Part shown: positions 54,860 to 61,710 of the stretch, piece after piece
Numbering within the stretch: position 1 is the stretch's first letter
How the letters are laid out: each line of letters starts with the position of its first letter
From: a virus
DNA length: 64,000 nt
Strand: one strand, 5' to 3'
Virus record (IMG/VR): IMGVR_UViG_3300047160_020099
Coordinates: 97,937-161,936 of that record
The notes under the pieces: generated by a model
What the model saw: the letters and a program-made list of their open reading frames with translations, nothing else
Told to the model about the DNA's origin: nothing
Databases searched by the model: none
Translations under genes and position numbers: made by a program

Positions 54860-55020
54860 TGGCCGACTGACGTTTCGGGTTTCATCGCCGGGATCCCATA
54901 ACTGTTTCAAGTTTCATAAATTACCCGGCGTGGTGTATTGGTTGCATACCGGCCCTGATAAGCCGGAGGAGCGGGTTCAATTCCCGTCTAACGAAAGCTG
55001 GGACATTCCCTCGTCGGCCA
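54860..55020 (+). ncRNA. Y-RNA-like unit 8 (permuted tRNA-Ile(GAT)-like cargo)
   Basis: TGGCCGAC/GTCGGCCA; CGCCGGG/CCCGGCG acceptor, then D-arm, CCGGC-CCTGATAA-GCCGG and GCGGG-TTCAATT-CCCGT. Confidence 0.7.
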
Positions 55021-55024
55021 TTTA

Positions 55025-55096
55025 GGCCAGGTCGGTCTGGTGACCCACCTAGGGCCCATAACTCTAGGGAACATGTTCGATTCGTGTACCTGGCCC
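55025..55096 (+). tRNA. tRNA-Met(CAT)-like, atypical
   Basis: GGCCAGG/CCTGGCC; TAGGG-CCCATAA-CTCTA (C33); ACATG-TTCGATT-CGTGT; 4-nt D-loop. Confidence 0.55.
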
Positions 55097-55120
55097 TGCA
55101 TTCGCCCGGAAGGAGGAAAG

Positions 55121-55369
55121 GTGAAGAAGAAGTTCATCCGGGTCCCGACCATCATCGTGGCCGAGGCCTGTGCTCGTCGCATGACGCTGACGGGCAAGAC
55201 CGTCAGAGAGGATGGCCTGGAGTACTGGCTGGCCAAGAAGGGGCCGGCACTGGCGTACGACTGGGACGAGCACCGTTACGTTACCAAGAAGTTTGCGGTG
55301 CCCGTCGAAGACGAGGAGGAAGAGACAATCCACGGCGAGGAGGTCGAGACAGAGATCGTCGCCGTGTGA
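55121..55369 (+). CDS. small hypothetical protein inside the RNA array
   Basis: AAGGAGG RBS before GTG 55121. Confidence 0.6.
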   Translation: MKKKFIRVPTIIVAEACARRMTLTGKTVREDGLEYWLAKKGPALAYDWDEHRYVTKKFAVPVEDEEEETIHGEEVETEIVAV

Positions 55370-55375
55370 CAAACT

Positions 55376-55502
55376 AAGCCCAACTGCGGTAGTGGACTAC
55401 AGGATTGGGTTGGCTGGGTCCCAAACCCGGCTTAATCGAGTGAGGTTCAAATCCTCACAACTGTTTTACGACAGTCAGTCTGCTGCAACTTTCGTTGGGC
55501 TT
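55376..55502 (+). ncRNA. Y-RNA-like unit 9 (anticodon-like arm plus T-arm)
   Basis: AAGCCCAAC-TG ... GGACTACA ... TTC-GTTGGGCTT; GTGAGG-TTCAAAT-CCTCAC. Confidence 0.72.
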
Positions 55503-55555
55503 TCTTTTTCAAGGCCGGCGGGACGTTCCCGCCGGCCACGCTTTACGGAGGAAAC

Positions 55556-56074
55556 ATGGCTACGACAGCGACAGTTCCGGACAACGCGCCCAAGGTCAAG
55601 GCTTCCGAGGTCGAGCGGGAAATCCACCAGCCGACCGTGGCTGGCGTGCAAGAAGGCCATATCATGGCCTTCACGTATTGGGCTCGCGTGCTCAGCAAGA
55701 ATCCGTATGGGCCGGCCGACATCAAGGTGGTCAATCTCGACAACGGCCAGGAGTTCCGAGTCCAGGGCGACGGCCTGGTCACCGCAGCCACCAGCGCCGA
55801 CCAGTTCGAGCAGACTCGCGAAGTCAGCATGACGAGGGCGGCCCAGCTCCTCGTGGACAGCAAGAAGGTTCCCTTCACCGTCTGCTTCACCAAGCAGGAC
55901 GGCACCGAGCGCGTCCTTCGTGGCCGGCTCGTCGGTACGGAGCCGCTGCTGGGCAGGTCCTACGTCGAGGACCTGGAGATCCCGTTCTCTGACAAGGGTG
56001 GGCGGTTCCGGCTGGTCGATCACCGCACCCTGCGCTGGTTGACCGTGGAGGGCACCAAGTACGTCGTGAAGTGA
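55556..56074 (+). CDS. phage SH3/Sm-like beta-barrel (WYL_2-like) protein
   Basis: FTVCFTKQDGTERVLRG...D....FR pattern; GGAGG RBS. Confidence 0.55.
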   Translation: MATTATVPDNAPKVKASEVEREIHQPTVAGVQEGHIMAFTYWARVLSKNPYGPADIKVVNLDNGQEFRVQGDGLVTAATSADQFEQTREVSMTRAAQLLVDSKKVPFTVCFTKQDGTERVLRGRLVGTEPLLGRSYVEDLEIPFSDKGGRFRLVDHRTLRWLTVEGTKYVVK

Positions 56075-56078
56075 ACCT

Positions 56079-56262
56079 GTGGCGGCCGGGCCATGTCAGT
56101 GGCCGGGTGTGGACCGAGGGCCAGTCGTCTGACAGCGACGAAACATCCAGGCTGGGTTGCTCCCCAGCTGAACGAGGTAGGCCCACTCGGCAGGCTGTAA
56201 ACCTGTAGTGGTGTATGGTCAGGGAGCGGGTGTAGAGGTATGGGAATCCCGACGGCCGCCGC
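56079..56262 (+). ncRNA. candidate ~185-nt structured RNA with a tRNA-Tyr-like anticodon arm
   Basis: GTGGCGGCCG/CGGCCGCCGC closing stem; GCAGG-CTGTAAA-CCTGT and several other hairpins. Confidence 0.45.
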
Positions 56263-56278
56263 CTTATTTCGAGGAAAA

Positions 56279-56425
56279 ATGAAAGCCAAGATGAAGCGTA
56301 TCCGGCTACAGCGCCGGTTGAAGAAATGGGAACAGTTGTCCGCCGAGCGAACCTTCCGCGACGCCAAGGTGAGGATTCGCTGGGACACCGGCGGCTACAA
56401 GTGCCCAGGAAGTTACTCCCGATAA
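56279..56425 (+). CDS. small basic protein
   Basis: GAGGA RBS; MKAKMKRIRLQRRLKK...GGYKCPGS. Confidence 0.5.
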   Translation: MKAKMKRIRLQRRLKKWEQLSAERTFRDAKVRIRWDTGGYKCPGSYSR

Positions 56426-56434
56426 GGAGGACCC

Positions 56435-56572
56435 ATGTACGAGGGCAGGCGAGGACGTAAGCACCGCAGGCGTGGCCACCATGGCGCCTGCACGTACTGC
56501 GGTGCCTTTCATCGTCGTGGCAAGAAGCACAATGACTCCTGCCGGGGTCATTCGATCAGGAAGAGTTCGTAA
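56435..56572 (+). CDS. 45-aa Arg/His-rich CxxC peptide (absent from the ORF track)
   Basis: TAAGGAGG RBS; MYEGRRGRKHRRRGHHGACTYCGAFHRRGKKHNDSCRGHSIRKSS. Confidence 0.55.
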   Translation: MYEGRRGRKHRRRGHHGACTYCGAFHRRGKKHNDSCRGHSIRKSS

Positions 56573-56628
56573 GGAAGTATTCCAATACTCGTCGGCAAAG
56601 TGCCGACTACCCGAGAAGGAGGATTCCG

Positions 56629-58548
56629 ATGAACACTGGTCTGTTCCGTCCGGAGGGTATCAAGGACCCGCTGGCTGACACGGTCAACCGCGCCGGCGGC
56701 CTGGCCTTCCAGTACGAGAGATTCCACGAGCTGTGCCAGCTCGCCTTCGTGGGTACGTTCCCCGACGGGACGTACTACGACAGCCGCGCCGGCGTCACCC
56801 AGCTGCAGCGCCTGATTCAGCTGGCCCGCGAGGTCAATGACCCTGTGCGGCTCGCGAAGCTGTGCGTGGCCAGCCGCCACGGTGGGTTCATGAAGGACAT
56901 GCCGATGGCACTGCTCCTGCTCCTGTCCGTGCCGTCGGACGAGGAGCGTGCCCTGGAGGCTAGCGTCAAGGACAAGACGGAGGACGCTGCCGAGCGCAAG
57001 CTGGTCGCACACGACCTGGCCCGGATCTCCCGGCAGCGGGCTGACCTGTTCGGCCGCGTCTTCGACATCGTCGTGGACGATGCGAAGGTCCTCAAGACCT
57101 TCTTCCAGATGCTTCGCAGCGGCGTCTTCGGCCGCAAGTGCCTGTCCTACTGCCTTCAGAAGAAGGTGCAGAACTGGCTCAACACGCGCGGCGTCGGGGC
57201 ACTGCTGAGCGGCAGCGTCGGCGGCAAGAACGCCAAGAGCGACGACGCGACCGGTGAGTCCACCAAGCCCGCGTCGCTGTGCGACGTGCTGCGCCTGGCG
57301 CGGCCCACTCCGGTCGATGACAGCCGTCGGGCCCTGTTCGGCTGGCTGACCGACTCCAGCGTCGAGAAGTGGGCGCCGGCTACCAAGGAGCACCTGCCGT
57401 CGGCTGTGAAGCTGCTGGAGGCGTACCGCCGGGCCACCGACCCGGCGACCCAGATCAACCTGCTCCAGCAGATGCAGGGCACCTACGTGCGCTGGGACCT
57501 GCTGTCCAGCGATGCGCGTGGGCCGCTCGTGTGGCGTGAGATCGCCCGGCACATGATGGGTCCGCAGGCTCTGCGGATGAACCTCAACACGCTCATGCGT
57601 CACGAGGCCTTCCAGGACGAGGGGATCGTGGACTACGTCGTCGAGCGGATCTGTGACCCGGTCGCAATCCGCACGTCGAAGCAGTTCCCGTATACCTACT
57701 TCCTGGCTTACCAGTTCGCTGAGGCGGGCTTGCCCGACAAGCTCCGTCAGGCGCTCGCGCGTGCCGCGGAGCTGTCCTGCGAGAACATCCCGGCATTGCC
57801 CGGCCCGATCCTCATCGCGGTGGATCACTCCAGCTCGATGCAGGTGCCGGCCACCGGCAATCGCGGACCCGGTTCGACCAGCAAGCTGACCTGTGCGGCT
57901 GCGGCGGCTCTGTTCGGGGCCACTCTCCTCAAGAGGAACCCGGACAGCTGTCTGCTGCCGTTCTCGGACGGCCTGTATCCGAACTTCAGGGTCGATCCGG
58001 CCGACTCCATCCTGTCGATCAGCCAGCGGCTGAACGACCTGGCGTGGGGTGGCACGGATGTCCACCTGGCCATCACGGCGGCCCTGGGCGAGGACGTGCA
58101 AATGCGCACGGATTCCTACGACCTGAACTACGGCAGCCGTCGCGCGCCTGCTACCGGGCGTACCCTGGTGCCTCAGCGGCCGTGGGCTGGTGCGGTCATC
58201 CTCTCTGACAACCAGAGCTGGATCACCCCGTCTGCCACGCCTCGCGGCTACCACCTGTCGCCAAATCCAGGCGGCACGACGATGCTGGCTCGCCAGTGGC
58301 GTCGGCTGACCGAGCGACAGAAGGGTTCGGCCTTCCCGAATCCGAAGCTGGTCTGCTACGACCTGCAGTGCTACGGCACAACGCAGGCGCCCGAGATGGC
58401 AGACGTGCTGAACCTCGGTGGGTTCAGCGACTTCTCCTGGTCGATTGTCCACGACTTCTTCCAGGGCGTGCTGGACCTCCAGCACCGCTTCACCGCCCTG
58501 GTGGACGCTGTCGAATTGGGCAACCCGGCCACGTATGACGTCCAGTGA
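56629..58548 (+). CDS. Ro60/Rsr-like TROVE-domain RNA-binding protein with C-terminal vWA domain
   Basis: NRAGGLAF, GT..GTYY, MKDMP, ALRMNLNT, FPY; vWA MIDAS VDHSSSM, GGTD and ILSDNQ; GGFSD. Confidence 0.92.
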   Translation: MNTGLFRPEGIKDPLADTVNRAGGLAFQYERFHELCQLAFVGTFPDGTYYDSRAGVTQLQRLIQLAREVNDPVRLAKLCVASRHGGFMKDMPMALLLLLSVPSDEERALEASVKDKTEDAAERKLVAHDLARISRQRADLFGRVFDIVVDDAKVLKTFFQMLRSGVFGRKCLSYCLQKKVQNWLNTRGVGALLSGSVGGKNAKSDDATGESTKPASLCDVLRLARPTPVDDSRRALFGWLTDSSVEKWAPATKEHLPSAVKLLEAYRRATDPATQINLLQQMQGTYVRWDLLSSDARGPLVWREIARHMMGPQALRMNLNTLMRHEAFQDEGIVDYVVERICDPVAIRTSKQFPYTYFLAYQFAEAGLPDKLRQALARAAELSCENIPALPGPILIAVDHSSSMQVPATGNRGPGSTSKLTCAAAAALFGATLLKRNPDSCLLPFSDGLYPNFRVDPADSILSISQRLNDLAWGGTDVHLAITAALGEDVQMRTDSYDLNYGSRRAPATGRTLVPQRPWAGAVILSDNQSWITPSATPRGYHLSPNPGGTTMLARQWRRLTERQKGSAFPNPKLVCYDLQCYGTTQAPEMADVLNLGGFSDFSWSIVHDFFQGVLDLQHRFTALVDAVELGNPATYDVQ

Positions 58549-58554
58549 TCGAAC

Positions 58555-58592
58555 AACGGCCCGCGGCACTTCGCCGCGGGCCGTTTCTGTTT
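58555..58592 (+). terminator. Rho-independent terminator-like hairpin
   Basis: AACGGCCCGCGG/CCGCGGGCCGTT followed by TCTGTTT. Confidence 0.6.
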
Positions 58593-58609
58593 GCGCGGAG
58601 GAAGTGACG

Positions 58610-58834
58610 ATGAAACGGTGTGAAAGGTGCAATTGCGTGCTTCGTTCCAGCAACACCGAGGCGCTGTGCAGCCCATGCAAGCAAGTGGTCTCGGGCGTGG
58701 TTGTGGACGACACGCTGCGGCGAATGGAGTCGGAGCGGGCGGACCACCGTGAGCACATCCGGACGAGCCGCCTTGTGAAATCGCACATGGCGCGATATCA
58801 CGGCAGCAATGCCCGTGAGGTCTTCGACTGCTGA
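58610..58834 (+). CDS. small zinc-finger protein
   Basis: MKRCERC...LCSPC; GGAGG RBS. Confidence 0.55.
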   Translation: MKRCERCNCVLRSSNTEALCSPCKQVVSGVVVDDTLRRMESERADHREHIRTSRLVKSHMARYHGSNAREVFDC

Positions 58835-58939
58835 GTCTCCCTCTCTTCTCGCCGTGCGGCGGCCCTGTGTGGGCCGCTTCTTTTTAGCTATTGTCAATAG
58901 CTAACTGCCAGGCACATAATGCAAGTGGCATGAAGCCTC

Positions 58940-60058
58940 TTGCAGGACCAGCACATGGATGTGAAGAGCATTCTCGGCGTTTACAAGTCCGGTATACCCA
59001 AGGACGACGCAGTAATCGTCCATACACCGGACCCCTCGAAGTACCACGACCCGTCGTCGCTTGCCCTTGGTACGACAGGCGACCATGTGATGGCGGCCAT
59101 TGTGGGCCGGTCTCACGGCTATGCCGGCTGGCGAGGTACCATCATCCCGCATGCCACCGAGCTGGGTGGCTCCATGGGACATAACGCCCATGTCCCTGTG
59201 CGGGAAGTTTACATCGACCCGGAACTGAACAACCGCTCCATCGTTGTGGACATGAGCCAGTTCTCCGGCGACAGTATGAAAGCAGCCATGGCAGCAGCTA
59301 GCTCTGAGGCCAGGGCCATGTTGCACGATCCAAAGGACGCGGCTGTGGTCACCTGGGGCCAGTTTGCCAGACGGCCGGGCGAGCATACGGAAACACCCAC
59401 TGAGCTGACCATCAAGCAAGGCGACGCTCAGGCCAGCCGAATGTTCGAAGAGCAGCGTCAGCCACCTTTACAGATGCCCGGCGTGTATGTGGTGCCAAAG
59501 GCTTCGCCGGGCGGGGGACAAGTGGTGCCAACACAAAGAACTCAACTACCGCCTGCGGCTGCCTTTACACGGCCTCGTCCGCAGTCAGATCAGTCTGTAC
59601 CACAGGTCCTTTCACCGCCTCCGGTCGAGGCACCGCCTATTCAGGCAACACCACAACTTGCTGCTGACGTACGTTCCTTGCACGACGCTTTCGGCGGTGA
59701 CGACCGTCCCATGACTCAACCCTCTTCCACGTTCAAGCCACTTCGCCGGGTGGTATTTGAATTGCCGGCGCCCTTCGGCCAGTTCCAGGTGCAGTATCAT
59801 GACGTCATCCGCCAGGACATGCTCCTTGTACTTGTTTATGATCACAGTCGGCCGATGCAAATGGTCTGGTTTCCACCCAGCCTGGAAGGCTCTTCCGGAG
59901 AGCCGGCCGCCATTGCCACGCTCGTGGTCGGTGACCACAACGAACAGGACATGCTTTATCTTGTGTACCCAACCGGCTTGAAGTTCATGTACGAGGGCAA
60001 GGAGTTCGTTATCCTTACCATCGACAAGGAAAAGCCGATGAAGAAGGGCACACCGTAA
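58940..60058 (+). CDS. hypothetical protein
   Basis: 372-aa ORF with a Pro-rich linker. Confidence 0.7.
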   Translation: MQDQHMDVKSILGVYKSGIPKDDAVIVHTPDPSKYHDPSSLALGTTGDHVMAAIVGRSHGYAGWRGTIIPHATELGGSMGHNAHVPVREVYIDPELNNRSIVVDMSQFSGDSMKAAMAAASSEARAMLHDPKDAAVVTWGQFARRPGEHTETPTELTIKQGDAQASRMFEEQRQPPLQMPGVYVVPKASPGGGQVVPTQRTQLPPAAAFTRPRPQSDQSVPQVLSPPPVEAPPIQATPQLAADVRSLHDAFGGDDRPMTQPSSTFKPLRRVVFELPAPFGQFQVQYHDVIRQDMLLVLVYDHSRPMQMVWFPPSLEGSSGEPAAIATLVVGDHNEQDMLYLVYPTGLKFMYEGKEFVILTIDKEKPMKKGTP

Positions 60059-60067
60059 GGAGGGCAT

Positions 60068-60244
60068 ATGGAAAAGCTAGGTGTCATCAGGCCGGGGATA
60101 ACCCCGCCAGAAAATCCAGAAGACAAGAAGAACGAGAAGCAGGCTTCCGTCGAGCAGCTCGAACAGCACGTTACAAAGCGTGTGGCTGACGCGGCGGAAG
60201 CGGCCTTCAACAAGCAGCCTGACAAGGCAGTCAAGACACGGTAA
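60068..60244 (+). CDS. small hypothetical protein (absent from the ORF track)
   Basis: AAGGAGG RBS; MEKLGVIRPG..., 58 aa. Confidence 0.55.
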   Translation: MEKLGVIRPGITPPENPEDKKNEKQASVEQLEQHVTKRVADAAEAAFNKQPDKAVKTR

Positions 60245-60249
60245 GCACA

Positions 60250-60435
60250 ATGACCGAGCCAGACAAGAAATCAGGCCAGCCATACAATCCCACAGTGACC
60301 AAGAAAGCCTTTGGTCCGCCGGAGCAGCCCTCGTACAGCGAGAATTGTGGCTGTTTGGTCGGCATCCTGGTAATCGCTGGCATGCTCTTTCTTGCCTGGC
60401 TCGGTCACCTTGTCTTCACGCACACGTTCCGTTGA
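60250..60435 (+). CDS. small membrane protein
   Basis: C-terminal TM segment beginning CGC. Confidence 0.5.
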   Translation: MTEPDKKSGQPYNPTVTKKAFGPPEQPSYSENCGCLVGILVIAGMLFLAWLGHLVFTHTFR

Positions 60436-60442
60436 GGTTGCT

Positions 60443-60601
60443 ATGAACTACGAGCCTCCGCCGATCAGCTCGAACAACGAACCTATCAGGGTGCATACTC
60501 CACCACCAGAAGCTCTGGCGTGTGGCTGTATTCTGATGGTGCTTACTTTCGTGACCGCTATCATGGGCGGTTTGGTCGTTGCCTGGTTCCTTCATCATTG
60601 A
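60443..60601 (+). CDS. small membrane protein (similar layout to the previous ORF)
   Basis: PPE..CGC followed by a TM segment; GAGGT RBS. Confidence 0.45.
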   Translation: MNYEPPPISSNNEPIRVHTPPPEALACGCILMVLTFVTAIMGGLVVAWFLHH

Positions 60602-60608
60602 GGTTCAA

Positions 60609-61697
60609 ATGCCGGACATCTTCGAACGCAAGCCTTTGCCTTCTACACCCAAGCTGTACTTCTACGCTTCGTACCAGCCGCTTACTCGCGAGCGATACTG
60701 GGACCTTTCCAGTCACAAGTTCGATGCGCAGTACACCGCTCACGACACGTTGCTCGGCTACGGTCGTTGTCTCAGCCGAGAGCACGTCGAACAAATCATG
60801 AAGTTGTGCTGGAAGGAGGAGCATCCAGACAAGGCTGACCTCGTCAAGGAAGCCCACATCAACAACTTCTTCATCTATCTCGACGAGTCGCTGGAGGAAC
60901 TGCGCAAGTGTCTGCGGGCAACCAACCAGCTAGAGCTGCTTGAAAAGGCCAAGCAGCTTACGCCAGTCGATGAAGAGCCGGCCAAGTCGGCTTTGCCAGA
61001 GGGCGTCAAGCCGATCAAGTTTACACTGAAGCACAACTCGCAGGGCAAGGACGAGCTGACCCTGACCGTCAACGGGACGCCGGTTCAGTTGCCTCTTGTC
61101 CAGAGCGTTCGGTTCAGCTTGCACGCCAGTGACCAGCTTCCACGCATCAGCCTGGACTTCGTTTCGCCAGACGTCGAGATTGATGCAGAGTGTCTGGCAA
61201 AGCTCACTCCAGAGGGCAACAGTGATAGGTATTCCCTGGAAGGGACTCACGACACGGTGAAGGTCGAGCTGACTCCTGACGGGGTCAAACCGGTCGGCGA
61301 GCAGGGCGAGGCAAAGCCGCTCATTGACTGCGGCGAGATGGATCTGGGCCGCGGCACCAATTCCACGCTGTGGTTTAACGACTACCTGGTCCTGTCCAGG
61401 GACGGTGAGCTCTACAAGATCCACTTCAAACAGTTGTGGGGTCTGAGCAATAACGTTGCCAGACTCCTGATAGCAACTGGTACGGTTCCTGGTACGGTGG
61501 TGCGAACGCGTCTTAACGGAGACGTTGTTACTCGGTCACACGCTGCCGTCATGGTGCTCAGCTACAAGGAAGACACCATGGCAGGTGCTGGCAAGCGGCT
61601 ATTGACAGACGTCGTGATGCAGTTCGGCAAGACGATCAGGGTCGATGCCGACGACCCTATCGTTGACGGCGTGCCAGACCCGGCGACTGTCATCTAA
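60609..61697 (+). CDS. hypothetical protein
   Basis: GAGGT RBS before ATG 60609 within ORF 60579..61697. Confidence 0.65.
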   Translation: MPDIFERKPLPSTPKLYFYASYQPLTRERYWDLSSHKFDAQYTAHDTLLGYGRCLSREHVEQIMKLCWKEEHPDKADLVKEAHINNFFIYLDESLEELRKCLRATNQLELLEKAKQLTPVDEEPAKSALPEGVKPIKFTLKHNSQGKDELTLTVNGTPVQLPLVQSVRFSLHASDQLPRISLDFVSPDVEIDAECLAKLTPEGNSDRYSLEGTHDTVKVELTPDGVKPVGEQGEAKPLIDCGEMDLGRGTNSTLWFNDYLVLSRDGELYKIHFKQLWGLSNNVARLLIATGTVPGTVVRTRLNGDVVTRSHAAVMVLSYKEDTMAGAGKRLLTDVVMQFGKTIRVDADDPIVDGVPDPATVI

Positions 61698-61710
61698 TCG
61701 TGAATCACCC

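Noticed and set aside
53415-55025. Short ORFs over the RNA array (e.g. 53415..53732, 54170..54391, 54307..54615, 54652..54858)
   Set aside because: No RBS, atypical composition, and they overlap clear RNA structures.
53350-55502. CRISPR-like repeat-spacer array or simple terminators
   Set aside because: The units are inverted-repeat-bounded structures with compensatory changes and tRNA arms inside, not identical direct repeats; lengths range from 64 to 180 nt.
53350-55502. Y RNAs transcribed from the - strand (GACGAAG motif)
   Set aside because: T-loop TTCRA, D-loop GG and many G-U pairs work only on the + strand.
56548-58788. 746-aa - strand ORF
   Set aside because: Antisense shadow of the GC3-rich TROVE gene, with no protein motifs. 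The same applies to 2628..3890, 23109..24293, 37537..38586 and 52391..53530.
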